A DNA stretch of 64,000 bases from Candidatus Poribacteria bacterium (GTDB lineage Bacteria; Poribacteria; WGA-4E; WGA-3G), in assembly GCA_965197475.1 (NCBI GenBank), contig CBDANF010000003.1, positions 416,001 to 480,000 of the forward strand, read 5' to 3'. Of this stretch, positions 19,392-28,788 are shown one piece after another; position 1 is the stretch's first letter, and each line of letters begins with the position of its first letter. The notes under the pieces are model-generated. The model was not told the origin of the DNA. It did no database searches and saw nothing but the letters and a program-made list of their open reading frames with translations. The position numbers and the translations under genes are program-made.

Positions 19392-20272
19392 GCAAACCTC
19401 TAACACGCACGCAAATCAACGAGAAGAAATTCAGACGCATCAACGATAAATCCCTACGACAGTTGCTTATCCATCGCTTTCTCAATGACTACGGGTATGA
19501 CAAAGGCGAAGTCACTGCCACCGCCATTGTTGATGATATTCTCAAGACCGTTGAAGACTATTTCGTAATTACCCTCCCCTTGGAAAAACTCGCCACCGGT
19601 GATCAACTCCCAGATGAGCGTTTCCTAAGTTATGGACAACTCGTTTGGATGGCCGTCCCTATTGATGAACATCCAGAAAGAGGAAAGTCCATCGTCAAAA
19701 CTCGGATGAAACCCATCATCCTGACCTACCTCGCCGCAGAGGATATTGAATCTTTTAGAAACGGTTTCACCTCCCGGCAATTGCGGATCAATCGCTTGGT
19801 CCGCTGGTGTCATCAAGCTTATGACCAAGGGGCATTATTGACACAACTCGACTTGGCAGTTTTGCTCAATGTCTGCGATGCCGTTGTCTGTGATTATGTT
19901 AATGAATGGCAAAAAACCACTGGAGAACTCTTGCCCACCCGTGGCAATATCCATGACTTATCGGGGGCTATTACCCATAAGAAAGAGATCATAACCCTCT
20001 ATCTTCAAGGACATCTCACCCCCAGGATTGCCGCAAAGACCAAACACTCTAAGGAGGCAGTTGACCGATACATCCGCGATTATGAGAGCGTCAAAGTCGT
20101 TCACACCGCTACCGCAGATATTGACAAAATCTCACAGATTACACGACTTTCTAAACGTGTCATCTCTCAATATCTCGACCTCATACCGCAGCACCAACTC
20201 CAAGCCATAGATGCAGACCTTGCCAATTCAGACTCAAACGATGAAGCCACTCACCAAGGAGAAGCCCAATGA
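19388..20272 (+). CDS. DUF1670-like HTH protein B
   Basis: AGGAGG RBS and ATGA overlap with gene A. GQLVWMAV, QAYDQGALLTQLDLA, PTRGNIHDLSGAITHK, HSKEAVDRY. Confidence 0.82.
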   Translation: MSKPLTRTQINEKKFRRINDKSLRQLLIHRFLNDYGYDKGEVTATAIVDDILKTVEDYFVITLPLEKLATGDQLPDERFLSYGQLVWMAVPIDEHPERGKSIVKTRMKPIILTYLAAEDIESFRNGFTSRQLRINRLVRWCHQAYDQGALLTQLDLAVLLNVCDAVVCDYVNEWQKTTGELLPTRGNIHDLSGAITHKKEIITLYLQGHLTPRIAAKTKHSKEAVDRYIRDYESVKVVHTATADIDKISQITRLSKRVISQYLDLIPQHQLQAIDADLANSDSNDEATHQGEAQ

Positions 20273-20339
20273 GACCCTAATCCTATGTTCCCGACGAACT
20301 TTACTTCGCAAAACCGGGGCAGGTGCCTTGAAAGGACGC

Positions 20340-20369
20340 TTGACAGTCCGCTATCGGTTTTGCTATACT
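20340..20369 (+). promoter_or_regulatory. sigma70 promoter for a leaderless short ORF (20376-20498)
   Basis: TTGACA-N18-TATACT with TGn extension. ATG lies 6 nt after the -10 box. Confidence 0.55.
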
Positions 20370-20500
20370 TTAGACATGTGGATCGCTCAGCGCATCGTTT
20401 CTCAAAGAGGATGCTCGCGATCCCAACGCAACCCACTCATCAACGATCGCTGGGAAGCCAATAAACATCAGCCTTCCAGCTATCCTATGGTCATTTGATA

Positions 20501-22615
20501 CTATTTCAAAATCAACATTTTCCGCGTGGCAGAGAATTCTCCTGCTGTTAACGTATAAAAATAGACACCACTCGCCACAGACTCACCTACATCGTTTTTG
20601 GCATCCCAATACGCTGCACGGCTACGATTCTGATAGAGTCCCGCAGTCTGATTGCCCAACGCAAGTCTCCGAACCAAATTTCCATCTGCAGCATAGATGG
20701 ATATGGCGACCTCCGCAGGTGCAGCTAACTGATACGGTATCCATGTTTCTGGGTTGAACGGGTTTGGATAGTTGGGTAAGAGTGCTGTCTCTTTTGGCAG
20801 CGATGTAATCAATAGTTGTTCAAGCATGAGAATACCACGTTGGAAGGTTGGATCAGTGATGTTAACTTTTCGTGCTTCACTTAACCATTGCCGGAGATTG
20901 TTTGCTGAGAACATCTCTTGCGCATCTGCATAGACTGCTGGCGCGCCTGCCGTAGTTCCTAAAGCACCAGCGACTAATACAAGGTCTATAATATCAACCC
21001 TTCCGTCACTATTAACATCTGATGCATTTCCTCTGCCCTTTCCAAAATTAGTGGCAACAAGCACTAAATCTTGTATATTGACAACGCAATCCTTATTCAC
21101 GTCTTTAGTATTAGTGGTGGAACAAGTGATACTTTGACCATCCTCTGAAATAACAGTTTTTAATAATTGTGCACCATCAATCCATGCATAAGATTTTTTC
21201 CCTTCATTGTCTGATAAGATGACATCCCGTAAACCCAATTTTGAAGTTATAATTGCTTGGACTTTAAATTTAACAGTAGCGAATGTTCCATCACCATTAC
21301 TAACATCACCAGATAAGGAAAGCGATGCAAGTTGCACCGTGCCTGAATGTTGATTTGCAATAGGTTGAACTGGCACGCCTCCAGATAAATAATCCCCGTA
21401 TTTGGTTTCTACATATTCAAGCGCATCGGGATCAAATTCTATTGTTGCTTGATACCCAGAGAGGTTTTTACCGTTCGTAATTTTAACATCAAATGCTAAT
21501 TCTTCTCCAATAGTTAAAGATGTAACCGATTCTGGTGAAATACTGACAATTGGATAAGTTGTCAAATCGTATAGTAAAACTGTGTTATCATGACCAGAAG
21601 CAGCTAATATATTACCATCAGGAGAAATCACCATATTATAGATATTTCTTTTGGATAATGTCCGTTTATATTCAAAAGTTGTAACATCAAAAAAATGTAT
21701 TCCATAAGCATCACCACTTATAAGTATATTACTATCTTGAAAGATCAGTGACGATATAATGAAAAGATCACGGTGAAAAAAATTACGGTGAAATTTAAAT
21801 TTCAAATTCTTTGTTTTAGTATTATATAAATAAATATTACGATGATCACCAGCTGCTAAAACATTCCCGTCTGGAGAATATGATACAGAGAAAACTTGAT
21901 CTTGTATTTTAAGTAATGTAACTTCAGTATTTAATTCTGCGTCGTATATCCAAATTCCAAGGCTACAAGCGATGGATAATTCTTTACCATCTGGAGAGTA
22001 ACTTAATCCTCTAATTCCCGGGACTGTTGTAGATGAGGTGGCGAAGGGAACTGATGTAGGACTCGCTTCAGACATATCTACAGCCGGTATATCTGTAGGC
22101 AAGACATCTATAGGTATATCACCTACAGGCAATGCATCTGTAGTGGGTTCGTCTACATTTGAATTCCAAAAACGAATTCCTTTTGGGCCCGCCCCAGCTA
22201 AAGTTGTACCGTCTGGGGAAAAGAGGACATAATCTCTATACCCCTCACCATCTAATAGTAACAGCTTAGGTTCTCCAGTGATTGCATCATATAGCTTATC
22301 ACCACATACAAGCGACTTACCATCTGAGGAATATCGAACATATTTCCCATTAACGTCCTTAATAGTTAATTTTACTGTCTTATTCTCAATATCCCATAGG
22401 TCTACCTGCCGTATCCAATTGACGACACTTGCTAATGTCTTACCATCTGGAGAAAAATCTAAATCTCTAAAAAGTTGATTATCTTGCGTGCATAAACGCG
22501 CTAAAGCATTTTCAGGTAAGCTTAATTGTGTGCAACTCTGTGCTAAAATATCTAACGCAGATAGATTCAATCCCAGAAATAGCGTTAGAAAAATCGAAAA
22601 GTATAGTTTTTTCAT
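20501..22615 (-). CDS. Secreted WD40 + cohesin + dockerin + C-terminal sorting-domain protein
   Basis: Signal peptide, LPENALARL cap, FSPDG repeats, cohesin GYQATIEFDPDAL, dockerin DVNKDC/DVNSDG, CTD NYPNPFNPETWIPY...RKMLILK. Confidence 0.88.
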   Translation of the reverse strand: MKKLYFSIFLTLFLGLNLSALDILAQSCTQLSLPENALARLCTQDNQLFRDLDFSPDGKTLASVVNWIRQVDLWDIENKTVKLTIKDVNGKYVRYSSDGKSLVCGDKLYDAITGEPKLLLLDGEGYRDYVLFSPDGTTLAGAGPKGIRFWNSNVDEPTTDALPVGDIPIDVLPTDIPAVDMSEASPTSVPFATSSTTVPGIRGLSYSPDGKELSIACSLGIWIYDAELNTEVTLLKIQDQVFSVSYSPDGNVLAAGDHRNIYLYNTKTKNLKFKFHRNFFHRDLFIISSLIFQDSNILISGDAYGIHFFDVTTFEYKRTLSKRNIYNMVISPDGNILAASGHDNTVLLYDLTTYPIVSISPESVTSLTIGEELAFDVKITNGKNLSGYQATIEFDPDALEYVETKYGDYLSGGVPVQPIANQHSGTVQLASLSLSGDVSNGDGTFATVKFKVQAIITSKLGLRDVILSDNEGKKSYAWIDGAQLLKTVISEDGQSITCSTTNTKDVNKDCVVNIQDLVLVATNFGKGRGNASDVNSDGRVDIIDLVLVAGALGTTAGAPAVYADAQEMFSANNLRQWLSEARKVNITDPTFQRGILMLEQLLITSLPKETALLPNYPNPFNPETWIPYQLAAPAEVAISIYAADGNLVRRLALGNQTAGLYQNRSRAAYWDAKNDVGESVASGVYFYTLTAGEFSATRKMLILK

Positions 22616-22757
22616 GTAGGTAGTTTTCCTTCCTTAGGCATGCGTTTTGATGTTACGCTTTCAAGTATATATTTTGAAAAAGTAAAAGATCAAATTCCTT
22701 TCGTCCAAACTATCTGTCGGCATTGGCGTTGCTGTGAATTGTCCGCATTGGCTGCTT

Positions 22758-22994
22758 TTATTCATTTAGCATTTGTGCAAACGCTTCAATATTTTGCACT
22801 TCAGCAGCTTCAAGATGCAGCTGTTTGAGTTTTTGTGAATCGGCAATGCTTTGAAGTGCTGGTATTAGGGCGCGCACTGCATCTACAGCGAATCGTCTTT
22901 CAAGCAAAGCCAAAGTATTTTCTATGGTGGTCTCTCTGGCAAACTTTTCACTTAATTTTTCACATAGGAGTTGGTAAGTTTTAGATTCTTGCAT
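22758..22994 (-). CDS. Putative nested small C-terminal antitoxin (RpnS-like), in frame within Rpn
   Basis: GGAGG-gactc-ATG inside the gene gives MQESKTYQ..., 78 aa. Confidence 0.55.
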   Translation of the reverse strand: MQESKTYQLLCEKLSEKFARETTIENTLALLERRFAVDAVRALIPALQSIADSQKLKQLHLEAAEVQNIEAFAQMLNE

Positions 22995-23633
22995 GAGTCC
23001 CTCCGATACGAGTCGTTCCAACAACTCAGAATTATAGACTACTCCACCGAAGAGGTAGATTCCGTAAAGTAGTTCTGCTTGTGTCTGCTGATCAATAAGG
23101 CTGGAATGCGTCGCGTCAATGCATTGTTGCAACCAGCGTTCAAGATCCATCCCTGCTGGCGGTTTCATGAGTGGGGTTAAGGGCAGAAGTCCTGGTGCCT
23201 GCATCTCTAAAATCGCTTGTCCATCTATTTTTATAAGCCGGATGACTTTATAGCGATTGACGTGTTCGTAACCGTTCCTTTTGTAGGCGTATCCGCCTGG
23301 GTCGTTCCTTCCAGCTCTTGGATGAAAATAGATGACGTTAGAATAGACAGGCATCTGGTATTTACCTACGAGGTATCCCTGATATTGTGCGTTTCTTGCC
23401 CACATCGGTTTTTCTGTACTCTCGCGGAGTTGCAATTCGACATGTAAAATTGCTTCTTGATTGTTGATTCGGACGCGCTTTGTGATGTCGGTGCGCTTCG
23501 CGATGACAGTCTGTTGTTCAGTGTCAAGATGCTCAAGTACTTCAACATCGTCAACGTTGAGGACGAATTTCGAGAGGTCTTCGGCGTGATCTGTCCATAA
23601 AATTTTCCCCATATTATCGTAATCTTGTGCCAT
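22758..23633 (-). CDS. Rpn family PD-(D/E)XK nuclease / putative transposase
   Basis: YDNMGK, RTD, ILHVELQ, MWARNAQY, VYSNVIY, GLLPLTPLM, MQESKTYQ, LLERRF C-terminal helices. Start at MAQDYD. Confidence 0.8.
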   Translation of the reverse strand: MAQDYDNMGKILWTDHAEDLSKFVLNVDDVEVLEHLDTEQQTVIAKRTDITKRVRINNQEAILHVELQLRESTEKPMWARNAQYQGYLVGKYQMPVYSNVIYFHPRAGRNDPGGYAYKRNGYEHVNRYKVIRLIKIDGQAILEMQAPGLLPLTPLMKPPAGMDLERWLQQCIDATHSSLIDQQTQAELLYGIYLFGGVVYNSELLERLVSEGLMQESKTYQLLCEKLSEKFARETTIENTLALLERRFAVDAVRALIPALQSIADSQKLKQLHLEAAEVQNIEAFAQMLNE

Positions 23634-23639
23634 AGAAGT

Positions 23640-23669
23640 ATTATACACCGGTAGGTAGAGAAATGTCAA
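23640..23669 (-). promoter_or_regulatory. sigma70 promoter of rpn, leaderless
   Basis: TTGACA-N18-TATAAT, 6 nt upstream of the ATG at 23633. Confidence 0.65.
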
Positions 23670-23805
23670 TGTGAAAAGTGTGTTGAGGTATGTAAATATT
23701 TTTCACAAGTCAGGCTGCGGTGTCTTCCCAGGGAATGCATTATTTTGTGTCTGATCAGAAATTGACAAATATTTACACATCCGAAATCATTAAACACCCC
23801 TTACA

Positions 23806-25068
23806 CTACAATATCACGAATTCCAAAAGCCGGTGCGCCTCACGCAAAGATTCCTCTACCGTCTCTGGTGTCTTTGCCCGGGCGAAAATGAAACCGAGGT
23901 ATTTATCACCTTCTGGCAACGGCACAACCTCCCCTCCGATAGGAATTGTGATGTTAACCTCCTCAATGCCGTTAACGTTACGTGCTTTCTTTCTGCCGCG
24001 CACTTCACCTAATATGCCAGCTTTCGGGACAGGAATCATCATCACACCTGCTGCCTGTTTTTCGCGATGGAAGGTCTCTATCGGTTGTCCAATTGCATGT
24101 CGGATAACTAGTTCCTCCAGCGACATTCCTGTGCCAAATCGCAACGTACGGGAACAGAGTCCGCCAATCGTGCGTGCGGCAATTTCAATCATAAATGCGC
24201 CTTTTTCATTATACCGCAATTCAGCATGCACAGGTCCGTGTTGAAGTCCTAATGCAACGGCAGCTTCCGCTGTTGTGCTATGCAGTTCATCCTGAATCTC
24301 TGTTGGCAAACGCGATGGTGTGATGTATAGCGTTTCTTCAAAAAAGGGCCCTTCAAGCGGGTCAGGTTTGTCAAAGAGGGCAAGCGTTCTGAGTTCACCC
24401 GCGAGAAGGATACCTTCCAATGCAACCTCTATGCCCGGGATGTAATCCTCAACGAGAAGATATTGAAAAGAATCGTTGTCGGTGTCTAAATCTTTGGATT
24501 CCTTTACTTTGTTGAGAAGTGTGGTGATGCGTTGAAAAGCCCCCGTAAATTGCACTGGATTGTCTGCTCGTATTACGCCACGGCTTGCTGATAGGGACAG
24601 CGGTTTGATGACACACGGATAATTGACTTGTGTGCTAATTTCCTTTACATTATCTTGAATCGAAAAACGTCTGTAGGTAGGTACATACACACCGTTTTTC
24701 TCAAGTGTTTGTCGTAAGCGGTATTTATCGCGCGTGGCTTTTGCTGATGAAATTGGATTGTGTGGAAGCCTAAGTGATACAGATGCGATTGTGGCGAGCA
24801 TGGTAGTGTCATCATCAACACCGACAATTGCTGTAATAGGATGTGTTTTGGCGAATTCGGTGATTGTTTGTGAGGAAGTGGTTGGATTGCGAAAGTCAAG
24901 CACTAAGGTGTCTCGCGGGGAGAGGTCTGCTGTCGTAGCGGGTTCTTCCGATGCAACAACAACTTCTACATTGAGTTTGAGTGCGGCATCAAGGAAGTCG
25001 GTTGCGCGATAGGTACGTGTAGGGAGGAGAAGGAGGACTCTCGGTTTTTCTAAGGCATGTGCCGACAT
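23806..25068 (-). CDS. ATP-grasp domain ligase
   Basis: RDKYRLR, YPCVIKPLSLSASRGV, LVEDYIPGIEVALE, HAELR, IEIAARTIGG. Confidence 0.85.
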   Translation of the reverse strand: MSAHALEKPRVLLLLPTRTYRATDFLDAALKLNVEVVVASEEPATTADLSPRDTLVLDFRNPTTSSQTITEFAKTHPITAIVGVDDDTTMLATIASVSLRLPHNPISSAKATRDKYRLRQTLEKNGVYVPTYRRFSIQDNVKEISTQVNYPCVIKPLSLSASRGVIRADNPVQFTGAFQRITTLLNKVKESKDLDTDNDSFQYLLVEDYIPGIEVALEGILLAGELRTLALFDKPDPLEGPFFEETLYITPSRLPTEIQDELHSTTAEAAVALGLQHGPVHAELRYNEKGAFMIEIAARTIGGLCSRTLRFGTGMSLEELVIRHAIGQPIETFHREKQAAGVMMIPVPKAGILGEVRGRKKARNVNGIEEVNITIPIGGEVVPLPEGDKYLGFIFARAKTPETVEESLREAHRLLEFVIL

Positions 25069-25118
25069 GTTGAGACCTATAGGGTGTGAGAAAACATCTA
25101 TAATTATCTTTACGCATC

Positions 25119-25147
25119 GGTAGGCGCGGTTTCAAACCGCGCCTACA
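25119..25147. repeat. GTAG-type REP-like palindrome
   Basis: GTAGGCGCGGTTTCAAACCGCGCCTAC. Related copies near 44171 and 60176. Confidence 0.6.
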
Positions 25148-25184
25148 ATAGTGATAATCATCCATCGTTCAAGAACCCGCCCTA

Positions 25185-26138
25185 TTAAATCTGTTTTCGG
25201 AGGTGTTTCTGATACTCTGCATGTGCAGTCTGCGGATCAGACTCTCCATCAAGCACACGGCGAAGACATTGCACAAAACTGATGGGATTATCTTCACCAA
25301 AAATAGTGCGTCCGAACAGGGTGGCGCGCCCACCGTTCTGCACAACGTTATGTGCAAGGGCAAACGTGCTACGTGCATTCTGCCTCGGACCACCCAATGC
25401 ACCGATCACGAGTGTTGTGTCGAATTGGCATAATTCTGTCCAAACATCAGCTGTCGTGTAGGCAGTTTTAATAAACCGAGGACGTTGATGTTTGCGAAGA
25501 TAACTCATCGTGCGGACAATAGAATCGGCAACGTACATGCCTCGTTTTTCTTCATCCATTCCCGGCAATTTAACATTCGGTAAGAAAACCTCTAATAGAT
25601 GGTCAAACCCTTCGATTTCGCCGACAACATGTGCGAATTGCACGTACGCCTGCAACATCCGTTCGTCCACAGTTGGGTCGTTGTTGAGCGTAATTGAATA
25701 TAATCCGAGACTGACTCGGCAATCTAATGCCGGACCAATGAGATTTTCACAATACCGCTGCATGTCTTCTGGGAACACCGTTTGAAAAGGCATTGACGGT
25801 CGCGAGGTGTAAACACCAAAACGCGGGTTCCAAATAGCGGTTTCAGAGTTCATTCGGACAATAGGCGTGATGGGAGTGCTCTCAAAAAGGTTTTCATCAA
25901 GTGCTAGTATCTCCGCATCTGCGGGTGTCATGAGTAGCCCATCAAGCTGCCCATCAGCAACAAGGTCACGTTGGAGCTGTAAAAACTCTCCGTGGGAGCG
26001 ATAATGTGGTTTTGGATGTTGGACTTGTCCGAGTCCTTTAATACCTGCGGATGCAAGTGGGTCAGCGGCGAAAACGAGAATAGGACTTTTCGCCAGCAGG
26101 TCTGTGTCAGCGAGTTTTTCAAATATCCGGTTGCCCAT
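25185..26138 (-). CDS. Class I aldolase-like TIM-barrel protein
   Basis: LLEVF, RFIKTAY (candidate Schiff-base Lys), ALGGP, GGRATLFGRTIF resemble the DhnA/LsrF fold. Substrate unknown. Confidence 0.55.
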   Translation of the reverse strand: MGNRIFEKLADTDLLAKSPILVFAADPLASAGIKGLGQVQHPKPHYRSHGEFLQLQRDLVADGQLDGLLMTPADAEILALDENLFESTPITPIVRMNSETAIWNPRFGVYTSRPSMPFQTVFPEDMQRYCENLIGPALDCRVSLGLYSITLNNDPTVDERMLQAYVQFAHVVGEIEGFDHLLEVFLPNVKLPGMDEEKRGMYVADSIVRTMSYLRKHQRPRFIKTAYTTADVWTELCQFDTTLVIGALGGPRQNARSTFALAHNVVQNGGRATLFGRTIFGEDNPISFVQCLRRVLDGESDPQTAHAEYQKHLRKQI

Positions 26139-26210
26139 ATATAATAAATTCCTTTAAAATGGTGTAGGGTAATTTTGCTTGGTTCTCCCTATACATCGGG
26201 TTAATTGGTA

Positions 26211-28727
26211 TTACAACGTATTGGTTGGATCAATATCTATAACACATTCAATAGCATTTGATTTTATTGCTGGTGGTGGATCATCGTTTAAGAACTGTAG
26301 GAGTTGACAGATATTTTCAACATTCTTACTTCGGAGCAGGAAGTGCCAGCGAAACTTTCCATCGATTTTTGAGAGTGGCGCGGGGGCGGGCCCTAAGATT
26401 TTTATCTCTGAAAACTGGTCGGTTTGTAAGACTTCAAGATGATTACGGACAGTATGCGCTGCATCAATTACCTCATTCTCATTTTTGCCGCGGAGCAGGA
26501 TCGTGGCGACATGGGAAAAAGGAGGATACTGTAAGGCACTTCGTGCTTCCACTTCCTTTTCATAAAAACCGACATAGTCATGCGTTTGTGCGGCTGAAAT
26601 ACAGTAGTTCTCCGGCATATAGGTTTGTATGATAACCTCACCAGCCGTTTCGGCACGTCCTGAACGCCCAGCAACTTGTGTGAGTAGACTAAACGTCTGT
26701 TCGCTGGCTCGGAAATCGGGTAGATTTAGAGCTGTATCCGCCACAATAACACCAACAAGGGTCACGTTTGGAAAATCTAAACCTTTTGCCACCATCTGAG
26801 TGCCTATTAATATATCAATTTTCTGATGTTCGAAAGCCTCTAAAATTTTCAGATGGGCGTTTTTCCGTGCCGTAGAATCTGCATCAAATCTCTTGACGTT
26901 TGCACTTGGAAACGCCTTGCGTACTTCCTGTTCAACGGTCTCTGTGCCGAACCCTCTACGTCCAAAATAGTCAATGGCAGGACTGTTACATTCAGGGCAT
27001 GAGGGGTGTGTATCGCGATTATGTCCACAATGATGACAGACCAACTTTTTCGTCTCAAAGTGAAACGTCAATGAAAGTGAACAGTTCCTACACTTCTCTA
27101 CATAACCACAAGTACGACAAAAAACATACCTTGAATGCCCGCGCCGATTGAGAAACAAAATAACTTGCTCACGTTTTTCCAATCGTTCTGCGATTGAGCT
27201 TCTGAGAAATTCAGAGAAGATAGTGCGGTTTCCCTTTTTTAGCTCACTTCGCATATCAACGATGTGGACTTCGGGCATCTTTCTGTCCAAAACCCGCGAA
27301 GGAAGCGTAAGCAGTTTATACGTGCCACTCTGTGCGTGAAAAAAACTTTCAAGGGAGGGCGTTGCACTGCCGAGTATTAATGGGCAGTTTGCGAGTTCGG
27401 TCCGCTTCTGTGCTACTTCTCGAGCGTGGTAACGCGGCGCAGTATCAGATTTATAAGAATCCGAATGTTCTTCATCAATAATTAGTAAGCCGAGTTTCTT
27501 AACTGGTGCAAAAACGGCAGAACGAGGACCTATGACAATATCAGCGTCACCTTTTTGGATGCGATGCCACTGATCAAAACGTTCACCATCACTGAGGCGA
27601 CTGTGAAGCACAGCAACGCGTTCTCCGAAACGTCCAATAATCCTAGATGCTGTTTGCGGCGTAAGAGAAATTTCTGGCACAAGCACGATAACTGATTTTC
27701 CGCTTTCGAGAATCTGTGCGATTGCCCGCATATACACTTCGGTTTTACCGCTACCCGTTACACCGTGAAGTAAGAAAGCCTGTTTTGAGCTGTTTTCGGT
27801 TTGAAGTTCATTAAGAATTTCTGTGAATGCAGCAGATTGTGCAGAATCTAAAACGTGAGGTTCTGTAGGCACTATAGGTTGGCAACTCAAGGGATTGCGT
27901 ACTGATGAAACGCGTGTAATTTTAATAAATCCGCGTCTTTCAAGTGTGCCGAGCAGAGACGCACTTGTCTTTACGCGTTTTGTGAGTTCAGTTGTGGCTA
28001 ATGGTGCATCTTCATCAAGCAGGATTTGTAAAATTTCGGCATGTTTGACAGCAGCTGCATGAGGTGTACGTCTTTCGTTACGATTAGCCGAATTTCCATA
28101 TCCATCTTCGCCGGATGTTAATTCAGCAATCTCAACCTCAATATCAGCAGGTGGTATGGCTAAAGTGGCGACAGTGGTAAACTGGGCAGTCGCTTTGGGT
28201 TTATGTGTGACGACAATATCAATAACACCTTTTTCTTGAAGTGCTGTTATTTTCGGGCGAAGATTTGCGGAACTCACGCCAATACGTCGTGCAAGCTGAG
28301 ATGGAGAGAGTGCACCCTCTGATTCCAAAAGCGCAACAATCCTCTTTTGTACTTTTCCTATGGGGACAACGTATTCAGAGCGCAATTGCACCAGTTGTTG
28401 TTTTTGGTTTCGCACAGCGGCAGGAACAGCACAAAAGAGCGCGTTTCCCCATGAAGATAGGTAGTAGTCCGCCATCCATTTAGTGAGTGTGAGTAGGTCT
28501 TCGGAAAATGTTGGGATCTCATCAAGACAGTCTGAGATATTCTTGAGTTTGTCGGAAGATAAATCCGTTTCATCAATCCGTTCAACAACAACCCCTTCCT
28601 GAGTACTGCCGTGAAAAGAAGCGAGGACACGGACACCAGGTTGCACAATTGCATCTAAATATTGCGGGACAGCGTAAGTAAACAGTCGGTTGACTGCGAT
28701 AGGAAAAGCGACGTTGGCGTAACTCAT
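26211..28727 (-). CDS. priA: Primosomal protein N'
   Basis: GVTGSGKTEVY, VPEISLTPQ, DEEH, four CxxC pairs, GTQMVAKGLDFP, QVAGRSGR, GPAPAP. Confidence 0.97.
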   Translation of the reverse strand: MSYANVAFPIAVNRLFTYAVPQYLDAIVQPGVRVLASFHGSTQEGVVVERIDETDLSSDKLKNISDCLDEIPTFSEDLLTLTKWMADYYLSSWGNALFCAVPAAVRNQKQQLVQLRSEYVVPIGKVQKRIVALLESEGALSPSQLARRIGVSSANLRPKITALQEKGVIDIVVTHKPKATAQFTTVATLAIPPADIEVEIAELTSGEDGYGNSANRNERRTPHAAAVKHAEILQILLDEDAPLATTELTKRVKTSASLLGTLERRGFIKITRVSSVRNPLSCQPIVPTEPHVLDSAQSAAFTEILNELQTENSSKQAFLLHGVTGSGKTEVYMRAIAQILESGKSVIVLVPEISLTPQTASRIIGRFGERVAVLHSRLSDGERFDQWHRIQKGDADIVIGPRSAVFAPVKKLGLLIIDEEHSDSYKSDTAPRYHAREVAQKRTELANCPLILGSATPSLESFFHAQSGTYKLLTLPSRVLDRKMPEVHIVDMRSELKKGNRTIFSEFLRSSIAERLEKREQVILFLNRRGHSRYVFCRTCGYVEKCRNCSLSLTFHFETKKLVCHHCGHNRDTHPSCPECNSPAIDYFGRRGFGTETVEQEVRKAFPSANVKRFDADSTARKNAHLKILEAFEHQKIDILIGTQMVAKGLDFPNVTLVGVIVADTALNLPDFRASEQTFSLLTQVAGRSGRAETAGEVIIQTYMPENYCISAAQTHDYVGFYEKEVEARSALQYPPFSHVATILLRGKNENEVIDAAHTVRNHLEVLQTDQFSEIKILGPAPAPLSKIDGKFRWHFLLRSKNVENICQLLQFLNDDPPPAIKSNAIECVIDIDPTNTL

Positions 28728-28788
28728 TCTCTTCTTGTTCCCGAATTAACAGTAGATTTTTATCATGCCTAAGAATCAGATGTCAATT

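Larger units (their letters stand above)
18730..20501 (+). mobile_element. Inverted-repeat-bounded DUF1670 cassette
   Basis: Perfect 13-bp IR GTATCAAATGACC (18730-18742) / GGTCATTTGATAC (20489-20501) encloses two DUF1670-like genes and a short ORF. No clear target duplication. Confidence 0.6.

Noticed and set aside
23720-24244. 174-aa plus-strand ORF
   Set aside because: It overlaps the ATP-grasp gene antisense and has no recognisable motifs.
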